Assembly: GCA_002317435.1 (NCBI GenBank)
Contig: DCIQ01000194.1
Span: forward strand, 1-52,692
DNA length: 52,692 bases
Reading direction: 5' to 3'
Source: Bacteroidales bacterium UBA1722
Lineage (GTDB): Bacteria > Bacteroidota > Bacteroidia > Bacteroidales > UBA932
Part shown: one piece after another, positions 10,056-25,000 of the stretch
Layout of the letters: every line of letters starts with the position of its first letter
How positions within the stretch are numbered: the stretch's first letter is position 1
The notes under the pieces: model-generated
Seen by the model: only the letters and a program-made list of their open reading frames with translations
Databases searched by the model: none
What the model was told of the DNA's origin: nothing
Made by a program: the position numbers and the translations under genes

Positions 10056-13000
10056 ATGAAAAAAGCAATTTTATTCGTTTTTTGTATGATGCTTGCCTGT
10101 GCGGCATCTGCTCAGAAAACCACTGTCACCGGGAGAGTGACAGACACGGCGGGAGAACCCTTGGCGGGTGCTTCCGTCCTGCTCAATGACGGAAGCGGCA
10201 CCATTACGGATGTCGATGGACGGTTCTCTGTTTCAGCCGGTTCTGGCGCCACCCTGACGGTCAGTTTCATCAGTTATACTACTGCCGTAGTGCCTGTCCA
10301 GGCCGGAAAGAGTGATTATCTGATCGTTCTGGAGGATGACAACCAGCTTCTCGAGGAGACGGTAGTCGTCGGGTATGGTACCCAGAAAAAGGCCAATCTG
10401 TCCGGCTCCGTGGCTCAGGTGGATGGAAAAGTGCTGGAAAACAGGCCTATTCCCAATATTTCGCAGGGACTTCAGGGGCTTGTTCCGGGTATCACCGTCA
10501 CAGCGGCTGACGGCGCTCCGGGTCAGGACGGCGGTACCATTCATATCAGAGGTGTCGGGACACTGAATACGTCCACTCCCTATATTCTGGTGGATGGTGT
10601 GGAGTCCGACAACATCAACTCGGTGGATCCCGAGGATGTGGCCAGCATATCTATTCTGAAGGATGCATCTTCGGCTGCCATTTATGGTTCGAAAGCATCG
10701 AACGGTGTTATCCTCATCACCACCAAACGCGGTGCGGATGGTGCCCCGAAGGTATCATACTCCGGTTCTGTAGGTGTTCAGAATGCCACCATGCTGGTGG
10801 ACAGGATGAATTCCGCAGATGCCGCCACCTATTATAACTACGCTCTCCAGAGAAGCGGGAAGAGTGCACGCTTCTCCGACAGCGATATCCAGAAGTTCAG
10901 GGACGGCAGCGATCCCTACAACTATCCGAACACCGACTGGTATGCCCTCGGGTACAAGACAGGTCTCCAGACCCGTCATAATGTGAGTGTGACAGGCGGA
11001 AGCAAGAATGCGAGATATATGGGGTCGGCAGGTTACCTGTATCAGGACGGTATCCTGAAGAATTCGGGACGCCAGCAGTTCAATGCACGTACGAATCTGG
11101 ACCTCGACATCAACAAGCGTCTCACCACACACCTGAATCTTTCATTCATCAAGAATGACTATAACGATGCCAGCTCGGCCTATGCAGGAGGCAGCAGCGA
11201 CCAGATCATGCGTCAGCTGAACCGTATGGCACCGTGGATCGTGAACAAGTATGAGGACGGTTCGTATGGTACCATCTCTGACGGTAACCCCATAGCATGG
11301 CTGGATTCCGGGATGCAGGTCAAACGCGAGAACACCAACTTCACGGGACTTGTAGGATTCGACTATAAATTCATTAAAGAACTGGTTCTGAAGGTGGATG
11401 CTTCCTATGTGGACCAGTACCAGAATTATAACTATTTCCAGAAATATATCGAATACAATTCCACGAAGGTGTCTGACCCGAATCAGCTGACCAGGGCCAA
11501 CACGCGGCAGAAACGGTATAATCTCAATGCCCATCTGGATTATGACCAGACTTTCGGAAAGCATAATCTGAAGGTGATGGCAGGATGGCATGCTGAGAAA
11601 TATGACTATGCTTACGATTATACATACCGCAAGTCATTCCCTAACAACGAACTTACGGATATGGATGCCGGAGATGCCTCCACTCAGAAAAACAGCGGCT
11701 ATACCCGCGAACTTTCGATGGTATCGGCATTCGGACGCCTGAATTATGATTATGACGGACGTTATCTTTTCGAGGCCAATTTCCGTGCTGATGCGTCATC
11801 ACGTTTTTCAGAGAAGAACAGATGGGGATTCTTCCCTTCATTCTCCGCTGCCTGGCGCATTACACAGGAGAAATGGATGAGCGGCGCCCGCGATGTTCTC
11901 AGCAATCTGAAAATCCGTGCTTCCTGGGGACAGCTCGGTAATCAGGATGCTCTCAGTGACTATTATCCCTGGATGAACACATACGACCTCTCCGGCGGTT
12001 ATATCTTCGACGGCTCCATCAATTCGGGGTATTATCAGAGTTCCTTCCATCTGTCGTCAATAAGCTGGGAGCGTTCCACGACCTGGGGCATAGGTGTGGA
12101 CTTCGGGTTCGGTTTCGGACTCTCCGGTTCGGTCGATTTCTATGACAGAACCACCAGCGGTATCATTATGGATGTGGCCACTCCCGCGGAATTCGCCCTC
12201 AATGCATACAAGGACAATATCGGATCCATGAGGAACAGGGGAGTCGAAGTCTCCCTCGCCTTCAACAGACAGTTCGGCAAGGACTGGAATCTGAATATCT
12301 CCGGCAGTTTCGCATATAACAAGAACCGGATTCTCGACCTCGGGGAAGGTACGGAATATATAGCCTCCGGCAATACCCGTAACGCGGTAGGACATCAGTA
12401 CGAGTGTTACTATATGTACAAGTGGTCCGGAAAATTCTTCAATTCCCAGGAAGAAGCGGATGCATTCACCGCCCAATACGGAAATCCTTTCGGCAAGAAA
12501 TTCATGGCGGGGGACCTGATTTATTCGGACGAGAACGGTGACGGCAAACTGACGTCCGCAGACCGTGTCTATACCGAGACGTCATCAATGCCCTCCATTA
12601 CATACGGCCTGAACATCGGAGCATCCTGGAAGGGTATCGACCTGTCGATGATATGGCAGGGAGTGGCCGACGTGCAGCACATTTTCAACAGGGAAGTCCT
12701 CGGTGAATTCATCGGCGACTCCGGACATCCAGCCACCATCTGGAAAGACTCCTGGACCGAGACCAATCAGAACCCTACGATGCCCAGAGTGTTCGAAACC
12801 GGAACAAGTTCCAGCGATATGATGAAAGTTATGTCCACCTTCTGGCTTTGGGATACTTCATACCTCCGTCTGAAGAATCTCCAGCTGGGTTATTCCTTCA
12901 AATTCAAGAAAGACATGGTTCAGCGTCTGCGTATTTACTATTCCGGAGAAAATCTTCTGACTTTCCATAATCTCCCCTTCAAGACAGACCCTGAGACGAC

Positions 13001-13067
13001 CAGCGAACGCGGCTCTTCCTATCCTCTGCTCCGCACCCACTCAATTGGTATGAGCATCACTTTCTGA
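10056..13067 (+). CDS. susC: SusC/RagA family TonB-dependent outer-membrane transporter
   Basis: Signal peptide, carboxypeptidase-regulatory-like N-domain (VTGRVTDTAGEPLAGASV), TonB box/plug (VVVGYGTQKK, NPLILVDG-like YILVDGV), ~1000 aa, and a C-terminal aromatic residue (SITF). Confidence 0.95.
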   Translation: MKKAILFVFCMMLACAASAQKTTVTGRVTDTAGEPLAGASVLLNDGSGTITDVDGRFSVSAGSGATLTVSFISYTTAVVPVQAGKSDYLIVLEDDNQLLEETVVVGYGTQKKANLSGSVAQVDGKVLENRPIPNISQGLQGLVPGITVTAADGAPGQDGGTIHIRGVGTLNTSTPYILVDGVESDNINSVDPEDVASISILKDASSAAIYGSKASNGVILITTKRGADGAPKVSYSGSVGVQNATMLVDRMNSADAATYYNYALQRSGKSARFSDSDIQKFRDGSDPYNYPNTDWYALGYKTGLQTRHNVSVTGGSKNARYMGSAGYLYQDGILKNSGRQQFNARTNLDLDINKRLTTHLNLSFIKNDYNDASSAYAGGSSDQIMRQLNRMAPWIVNKYEDGSYGTISDGNPIAWLDSGMQVKRENTNFTGLVGFDYKFIKELVLKVDASYVDQYQNYNYFQKYIEYNSTKVSDPNQLTRANTRQKRYNLNAHLDYDQTFGKHNLKVMAGWHAEKYDYAYDYTYRKSFPNNELTDMDAGDASTQKNSGYTRELSMVSAFGRLNYDYDGRYLFEANFRADASSRFSEKNRWGFFPSFSAAWRITQEKWMSGARDVLSNLKIRASWGQLGNQDALSDYYPWMNTYDLSGGYIFDGSINSGYYQSSFHLSSISWERSTTWGIGVDFGFGFGLSGSVDFYDRTTSGIIMDVATPAEFALNAYKDNIGSMRNRGVEVSLAFNRQFGKDWNLNISGSFAYNKNRILDLGEGTEYIASGNTRNAVGHQYECYYMYKWSGKFFNSQEEADAFTAQYGNPFGKKFMAGDLIYSDENGDGKLTSADRVYTETSSMPSITYGLNIGASWKGIDLSMIWQGVADVQHIFNREVLGEFIGDSGHPATIWKDSWTETNQNPTMPRVFETGTSSSDMMKVMSTFWLWDTSYLRLKNLQLGYSFKFKKDMVQRLRIYYSGENLLTFHNLPFKTDPETTSERGSSYPLLRTHSIGMSITF

Positions 13068-13087
13068 CATCATGATGATTTAATAAT

Positions 13088-14725
13088 ATGACGAATATGA
13101 AAACAATCAAATATTACATACTGGCTCTTCCGGTTATATCAATCCTGTCATCGTGCAGTGATTTTCTGACTACGGTGCCCCACGACCAGCTCTCTCCCGC
13201 CACCACCTGGCAGTCCGAAACGGATGCCAACAAGTTCGTGATCGGGTGTTACGACGACTGGGTGGAGCGTTACGCTTATTTCTACTGGGACTGCTGTTCC
13301 GATTTCGGGTACAGCAACTTCTCCTGGGACGGATTCCGTGTCATAGGAAACGGTTCTTTGAGCCCCAGCGATTATGGCTATTCACTCTATAATTTCACGA
13401 CCGTCCGCAGGTGCAACACCTATCTTGAAAATGTCGGTACCGTTGATTTCAGCAGTGACGCCGTGAAGAATGACCTCGAAGCGCAGGTGAGGGCCATCAG
13501 GGCTTTCAGATATTTTATGATGTGCTCTCTGTACGGCGGTGTTCCGCTCGTCGAGAACTATCAGTCCGCAGCGGAGGCCCAGGTGCCCAGAGATTCCGAA
13601 GAGACTGTGCGCAAGTTCGTCTATGATGAACTGGATGCCATCGCTCCGATGATAAATGAAGCACCCGCCGAACGCGGCCGTATCGCCAGAGGTGCCGTAT
13701 ATGCCATGAAAATGCGTGCCTCCCTGTTCTGGGGAGATTATGCGCAGGCCAAGGAGGCCGCCCAGAAAATCATCGCCCTGAACCAGTATTCCCTCGAACC
13801 CGACTATGCCGAACTTTTCAAGAGTTCCGGCAAAGATTCGCCGGAGATTATCCTCGCATACCAGATGATAAATGATGACTATACCTACAGCTGCTGGGAG
13901 AACGGACAGATGTATCCGAATGCGGACGGCGGATGGTCTTCGATGGTGCCCACGATGAATCTTATCGACAACTATGAGATGGCCAACGGCCTGACCAAAG
14001 ATGAATCGGGTTCCGGTTATGATGCGGAACATCCTTTCCACGGACGTGATCCACGTATGGCGATGACTGTGCTCTATCCCGGCTGTGACTGGCAGGGCAG
14101 GGTATTCAACACCCTTGACGAAACTCTTCCCGGCGGCGCTACCAACTGGGATTATCCCTGGGTGGCTGACAATGCATCGAAAACAGCCCTTTCGTGGCGC
14201 AAATATCTGGATCCCATGTATGCCGACATCTGGGCGAACGACTGCTGCCCTATCGTGTTCCGTTATGCTGAAGTGCTGCTGACCTTGGCGGAAGCCTTGA
14301 ATGAACTCGGCAGTGCTCCCACCAACGATGTGTATGGTTACATCGACCAGGTGAGGATGCGTGCCGGCATGCCGGCAGTTGATCGGACCAAATATAACAC
14401 CAAGGAGAAAGTACGTGAACTGATTATCAGAGAACGCGGCTCCGAATTCGCCGGAGAAGGCCTCCGCAGAGGTGACATCCTCCGCTGCAAGGACGCTTCA
14501 GGAAAGATGCTGGCGATGACAGTGATGAATGATAATCTGAAATGCATCACCGGTACGGTGAATTACAGCGAATCGGATCCCACCTTGAGGGCGACTGTCG
14601 TTCCCGGCGTCACCGAGCCCATCGAGGATCGTGTGTTCGCCGAATATAACAGATATTTCCCTATTCCTCAGGGCAATATCGATGACAATCCGAAACTGGA
14701 ACAGAATCCCGGTTATGCGAATTAG
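13088..14725 (+). CDS. susD: SusD/RagB family nutrient-binding outer-membrane lipoprotein
   Basis: Lipobox ILSSC, ~545 aa, immediately after susC. Typical SusD segments (IRAFRYFMM, FRYAEVLLTLAEA, ERGSEFAGEGLRRGDI, YFPIPQ). Confidence 0.9.
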   Translation: MTNMKTIKYYILALPVISILSSCSDFLTTVPHDQLSPATTWQSETDANKFVIGCYDDWVERYAYFYWDCCSDFGYSNFSWDGFRVIGNGSLSPSDYGYSLYNFTTVRRCNTYLENVGTVDFSSDAVKNDLEAQVRAIRAFRYFMMCSLYGGVPLVENYQSAAEAQVPRDSEETVRKFVYDELDAIAPMINEAPAERGRIARGAVYAMKMRASLFWGDYAQAKEAAQKIIALNQYSLEPDYAELFKSSGKDSPEIILAYQMINDDYTYSCWENGQMYPNADGGWSSMVPTMNLIDNYEMANGLTKDESGSGYDAEHPFHGRDPRMAMTVLYPGCDWQGRVFNTLDETLPGGATNWDYPWVADNASKTALSWRKYLDPMYADIWANDCCPIVFRYAEVLLTLAEALNELGSAPTNDVYGYIDQVRMRAGMPAVDRTKYNTKEKVRELIIRERGSEFAGEGLRRGDILRCKDASGKMLAMTVMNDNLKCITGTVNYSESDPTLRATVVPGVTEPIEDRVFAEYNRYFPIPQGNIDDNPKLEQNPGYAN

Positions 14726-14805
14726 CGTCTGATCATCCGTTCCGGTCATATCATTACGGCCGTATCCTTCTGCGGGAGCAGATGGGTGCGGCCTTTTCTT
14801 CGTGA

Positions 14806-18435
<3,630 letters not shown>

Positions 18436-18444
18436 TGGGTGTCA

Positions 18445-18578
18445 CCATACCGTCTTTTCGTTTCTGGCATGCTTGTTGATGATGGTATGTCAGCATAGAT
18501 AATATGATGGTTAGTGGTGAATAAAAGATTTTGGTTGATAGAGAAGAGTGACTGATGTCCGTCAGTCACTCTTTTTTT
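18445..18578 (+). repeat. Left copy of a ~135-nt direct repeat flanking the NRPS island
   Basis: Hand alignment of 18445.. against 34182.. gives 84 of the first 95 nt identical (~88%). Both copies start ccataccgtcttttcgtttctggca and both end in a hairpin plus T-run. Confidence 0.8.
18546..18578 (+). terminator. Intrinsic terminator after the GH2 gene
   Basis: Perfect 10-bp stem gagtgactga/tcagtcactc, 6-nt loop, then TTTTTTT. Confidence 0.75.
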
Positions 18579-18699
18579 GTCCGTACCCTTCGTGCCGCCT
18601 GTTCGCATCTTATACCGGTGTTGCCGGATAATGCATAAATAATTATCTTCGCGTATTGGAAGCATTGATAAATATTATCTTTTTTTGTTACTGGTGATT

Positions 18700-19002
18700 A
18701 TGACTGACATTATTGAAAATACTCCCGAGAGAATCGTTATCGTCCTCCGGGGTGAACTGGATACACTTGCCGCCAAGTCTTTTGCGGCGGAAATGGAGCC
18801 TGTGATGGCTGATGCAGGGAAGCGGATAATTCTGGATTTTACCGGGTTGGAGTATATCTCGAGTGCCGGCATGCGTACCATCCTCCTGCTGCAGAAAACC
18901 GCCGGTGCCAAGGGTGGGAAGGTGAGTATCAAAGGCATGAGCGAGGATATCCGTCAGATATTCCGCATGACAGGGTTTGACCAAATAATAGAAATATTAT
19001 GA
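18700..19002 (+). CDS. STAS-domain protein (SpoIIAA/RsbV-like anti-sigma-factor antagonist)
   Basis: 100 aa with the typical STAS layout (IVIVLRGELD, ILDFTGLEYISSAGMRTILLL, FRMTGF). The conserved phosphorylatable Ser position is retained (S54 in ISSAG). The stop overlaps the NRPS start (ATGA). Confidence 0.85.
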   Translation: MTDIIENTPERIVIVLRGELDTLAAKSFAAEMEPVMADAGKRIILDFTGLEYISSAGMRTILLLQKTAGAKGGKVSIKGMSEDIRQIFRMTGFDQIIEIL

Positions 19003-22000
19003 TTTATCCGCTTTCACAGACACAGATGGGCATTTACGTATCGAGCATAAATGCCGGTTCGGAAGGAAAATACAATAACAATTTTCTGTATGGAATCGAC
19101 GATGATGTCGATACGGGCAGGCTTGCGGCTGCCATAGACAGGGTCGTGGCGGCTCATCCGGCACTGTTCGCGCGTCTGACCGTGGATGATGACGGAGATA
19201 TGGCGTTCGAGGAGCACAACGATGAAACGTTCCATACGCTGGAGATGAATGTCGGCAGTCTCGACGAGGTGCGTGACCGCATAGGGGCGGACTTCGATCT
19301 GATGAATGACCGGCTGTTCCGTGTCGAAATTTATCATACCGGGCAGGGCACGTTCCTCTACATAGACATACACCACATCATATCTGACGGCATGACTTTC
19401 GCCCATCTCATAGAAGAGATCGGAGAAGTGTATGACGGCGGGGAACCGATGAAGGAGAAAAAGACCATTTTCGACCTTAACCTTGAGGAACAGGCAGTCC
19501 GTAAAAGTGAAGCGTACATGGAGGCGAAGCAGTGGTACGAAGAGCATTTCGCCGCCGCATCCGGAGTGGATTCGCTCCCCCGGAGTGACATGCAGGTGAA
19601 CGGGCCGTCAGCCGTCGGGACATCGGGTATCGGCATATTGGAACGCACTCTGAATATCGACCGTGACGCTCTGGGCAAATTGTGCGGTGAGGCCGGTGTC
19701 CGTGAAAGCGTATTCTACACTGCGGCATTCGCATTCCTGCTGAGCAAGTTCGCGGGGAACGGCGAAGTTCTGTTCTCCACCATCTATCACGGACGTCCGA
19801 ACAGGGAAGACAGGGATGCGTACGGCATGATGGTGAAGACTATGCCCGTTTATCTGGATATGGAGTCCCGGCCTGCCGTGGCGGACCTGCTGCGCTGTAT
19901 GTCGCAGCAGATCAGGGAGAGCCGCAGGCACACCTGCTATTCCTTCGCGGAAATATGCTCGGACCTGGATCTGAAGTCGGACATCCTCTTCTCCTATCAG
20001 GACACCCTCAACACCTTCCCGCTGAAACTTGACGGCAAATTGCAGCAGGATATGCATATCCCGATGCCGCGTCCGGGAATGGTCTTCAATGTAATGCTCC
20101 TGCAGACTGCCGACGGGCCGGTCATCGAGTTCAAGTACCGGAAGGACATGTTCTCCCGGGCCCTCATTCAGGATATGACCCTGAGTTATGAGAAGATACT
20201 CTCGGAATTTCTTCTCCACGAGAAACTCTGTGAAATCTCCATCGTCAGCCCGGAGCAGCAGAAGATTCTCGACACTTTCCACAATACTGCAGCCGCGGAC
20301 GTCCCCTACAAGCGATTCTACGAACCCATAGAGCATTTCGCGGAGGTCGCTCCCGATGCCGCCGCCATCGTCGCCTGTGACAGGACATTATCATACGGGG
20401 AACTGAACGGGGAAGCAAACCGGGTCGCCCATTCCCTGATGTCCCGCGGAGTAAAGCACGGTGACCGTGTCATTCTCCTCCTTCCCCGCACCAGCCGGGT
20501 CATCTGCTGCATGTTCGGTGTAAGCAAGGCGGGTGCCGCGTACATTCCTTGTGATCCCGCTTATCCGGCCGAGCGCATCAACCTCATCCTGGAGGACAGC
20601 GGGGCGAAGTATATCATAACCACGGATGATCATCTGGCAGAGCATGGCGACAAGGCCATCCTCGTCGATGATTTGTTTGACGGCGGTCTTCCGACAGTCA
20701 ACCCGCGGCTCCCGTCCATAACCCCCGATGATTTGGTGTATCTGATTTACACCTCGGGCTCGACCGGCCGGCCGAAGGGCGTGATGCTGCGCCACGAGGC
20801 GATATGCAACTACCTTTATGATCATCCTGCGAACCGCCATATCCATGCGCTCATGACTGAAGGGGTGAAGTCATACCTGTGTCTCACCACCCTCTCCTTC
20901 GACATGTCTCTGAAGGAGTTCGGCGTGGCTCTTCACAACGGCCTCACCTGTGTGCTTGCGAATGAGGAGGAGACCGAGAACCCCCTGCTCCTCGCCGATC
21001 TGATCAGGCGTACGGGAGTGGAGGCGCTCAATGCCACGCCTTCACGTCTGATGGGTTATATGGAGATACCCGAATTCGAGGGGGCCGTGAATAACTGCAA
21101 GGTCATCATGAGCGGCGGAGAAAAGTACTCAGCCACACTTTTGGACAAGTTGCACGGCATCCCCGGACTCCGCATCTTCAACACCTACGGCCCTACGGAA
21201 ATCACGGTCAGCAGCAATGCCGCCGAACTCACCGACACATCGTTCATCACCATCGGACGCCCGCTGCTCAACTACCACGAATGGGTGGTGGATGCCTGCG
21301 GCAATGAACTCCCCATAGGCGTGACCGGGGAACTCTACATCGGTGGCATCGGTGTTGCCGAAGGCTATAATAACCTTCCCGAGAAGACGGCGGACGCATT
21401 TGTCGAATACAGGGGAATGCGTACATACAAGTCCGGGGACTATGCCCGCTGGACACGTGACGGCCATATAGAGGTACTCGGCCGCCGGGACGGACAAATC
21501 AAACTTCACGGTCTTCGCATCGAAATAGGAGAGATCGAGTCCTGTATCAATAAATATCCGGGCATCAGGCAGTGTGTGGTCAAGGTCTGCCATATCAACA
21601 ATGACGATTTTCTCGCGGCGTACTTTACGGCCGGCGAACAGATTGATACCGATAAGCTGAAAGCTGAAATCAGCAATACGCTGACTCACTATATGGTGCC
21701 AAGTGCATTCATGCAGCTGGAATCTTTCCCTCTGACCCCGAACGGGAAAACGGATGTGAAGAACCTGCCGGTGCCCGAAATGATGCCGGCGGTGAATGTG
21801 GAGAAGTCATCAACGGGGCCGGTGGCGCTGAACGATCTGGAAAAGCAGCTGTATGACATCGTTGCGGGTGCATTGAAACTCCCTCTCATCGGGGATTCGG
21901 AAGACGCGGTTCCGGCTTTCGGCGTCACTGACGCACTCTCGTCCGCGGGTCTGAGTTCGCTTTCGGCCATTAAGGTCGCAACGCTGATTTACAAACGTTT

Positions 22001-25000
22001 CGGCATACAGTTGAAATCACGGGAGCTGATGGACGGCGCGACTCTGTTCAGTATCGAGAACCTGATTCTGAAGCGTCTTCTCTCCGCTTCGGACAGTGAA
22101 AACCACGATGCGGAAGAAACCGCTCCTCATCCCGAAAAGAAGAGGTCGGAAACGGAGTTGCCGCTTTCCTTCACCCAGCAGGGTGTCTATACCGAGTGTC
22201 AGGCCAACCCAGATGCGGTGCAATACAATATTCCCGAGTGCATAAAAGTGCCGGACGGTATTACTCCCGAACAGCTGGAGACAGCCGTAAGAAAGGTGGT
22301 GGCCGCGCACCCTTATCTCTTCTGTCACTTTGTCGAAGGTGACAACGGCGATATCGTACAGAAACCGTCGGACAGCACCAGCTTCCGGATACCGCACATC
22401 CAGTGTTCCGCTGAAGGGTTTGAACAGGAGAAGAAAAACTTCGTCCGTCCGTTCCATCTGGCGGAAGGGCCGCTTTTCCGTTTCGAAACGGTGACGGTCG
22501 GCGGCACGCTCCATTTGTTGACGGACATGCATCACCTCATAAGCGACGGCGCTTCGGTGGATCTGTTCATGCATCAACTCTGCCGGGCACTTGACGGCGG
22601 GGAGATAGAGGAGGAAAAATATTCATACTATGACTTCGTCGCCGACCAGCATATCAGTCGGGAGACGGAGGATTTCTTCGCAGACCGCATGGCCAGAGTG
22701 GAGAATTCTTCGCAGCTTATTCCGGATGTATTCGAACAGAATCTGCCGCACACCGAAGGGACGGTTTCCGCACCTTCCGACTTCGCCCCCGTGCAGGCTT
22801 GGGCATCAGAAAATGGCGTGACTCCCGCTGCCGTCTATCTGTCGGCGGCATACTTGTGTGTCTCACGATATCTTTGCGAAGACAACGTAAACCTCTGCAC
22901 CATTTCCAATGGCCGCAGCAACCTCCAGGTGGCGGACACGATGGGTATGTTTGTGAACACTCTCGTGCTTCAGTCATACGTCGACCATCAGGTCTCCTGT
23001 CTTGATTTCGTCAGAACATGTGCCCGGGACTTCGCGCTGACCATCGAAAATGAGAATTATCCGTTCGCGAAGATAGCGGCGAAGTATGGATACCAGCCCA
23101 ATATCGCATTCGCCTATCAGGTCGGCGTGCTCGGCGATTACAGGACGAAGGCGGGAGAACTGGAAATCCGGAGTCTCAGCCTCGAAGTTGCGAAGATCGG
23201 GGTGAACATAACGGTCCGTGGCGAGGATGCGACCGGCTATCGCATAAAGGTAGATTATGATGAAGCTCTGTATTCCCGATACATGATGCAGCAGCTGGCT
23301 GTCAGTATGGAAAATGCCGTTCGGGGAATAATCAGTCGGGAGAAGCTTGGTGATGTCAGCATCACTGATGAGGAACAGTGGAGTGTTCTGGATAAATTCA
23401 ATGCACCGCTCGACTTCGGTTATGACCGGGATGATACGGTCGTCACGAAGTTCAAACGTGTCGCCCGGCAGTATCCGGACCAAAAGGCTTTGGTCTATAT
23501 GGACAAGTCTTACACTTACGGTGAATTGGATAAGTTTACGGATCGTCTTGCGGTAAAGATTCGTGAGCGGATGCTTCCGTATATTCAGGAGGTTGAACGT
23601 CTGCAGGTGGAGCAGGACGGAACAAAACTCACCGATGTGGTGGTCTCCATCCTCATTCACCGTAACGAATGGATGCTCTTGGCTTCACTTGCGGTTTTGA
23701 AGGCAGGATGCGGATATCAGCCGCTGGATCCGAGTTATCCTCAGGACCGTCTGAATTTCATGGCAAAGGATGCCGGCGCCCGTCTTCTCATCGTGGATGA
23801 GGACTTGCGGGATCTTCTCAACGAGTATGACGGGGACGTGCTCCTGACCGGGGACATCGCTGACCTTATAGCCGACACCCCGGAAGGAAGCGTCGATTTC
23901 AGCCGCAAGAACGGTCTTGTCACGCTGCTCTACACTTCCGGTTCCACGGGTGTGCCTAAAGGGTGTATGCTTGAGCACAGAAACCTCGTCGCCTTCGGTC
24001 ATGCCACGCGTACGACCCTGGACATCTCGACCGACAGCCGCATCGCCGCATACGCATCGTTCGGCTTCGATGTGAATATGATGGACATGTACTGCTCCAT
24101 CATGAATGGAGGTACCATGTACATCATCCCGGAAGATATGCGCATGAATCTCGATGTCCTGCATGACTACATTGAAGACGAAGGTATCACTCAGATATTC
24201 ATGACCACGCAGGTGGGCGTGCAGTATCTGGAAAACTATCCCGAGTCCAAGTCTCTCCGCCGCCTTGCGATGGGGGGCGAAAAACTGCGGGCCGTGGATC
24301 CAGGCAAGCTTTCATATAAGATATATAATGGTTATGGACCCAGTGAGATGACCTGCGGTGTCAGCATGTTCACCATCGAAAACTGGGAGCCGAACATTCC
24401 CATCGGACGCCCTATGCCCACACTGCAGGGATATGTCGTCGACAAGACGGGGCACCGTCTCCCGGTGGGCGCCGCCGGTGAACTGTGGATAACAGGTCCT
24501 CAGGTGGCCCGCGGATACTTGAACCGTGCGGACAAGACAGCCGAGGCTTTCTCCGGGAATCCGTTCATCGACCACGCCAGGACTGCGGTCGATTCGGAGC
24601 GTCAGCTCTGCTCGCGCATCTATCACAGCGGCGACATCGTGCGCTACCGCGAAAACGGAGACATAGAGTTCGTCGGACGCAAGGACGGTCAGGTGAAGGT
24701 TCGCGGTTTCCGTATCGAGCTGAAGGAGGTCGAAACTGTCATCCGTGAATTTCAGGGTGTGAAGGACGTTACCGTTCAGGCATACGACTATGAGGACGGC
24801 GGCAAGTATATCGCGGCATTCGTAGTCAGTGACACTGCGGTCGATACCGATGCGCTGAACGCTTTCATCAAGAGTCAGAAGCCTCCCTATATGGTGCCTG
24901 CCGTCACCATGCAGATCGAGAAGATCCCTCTGAACGTAAACCAGAAGGTGGACAAGAAGGCACTTCCCAAACCGGAAGCCAAAAAGGCCGAATATGTCGC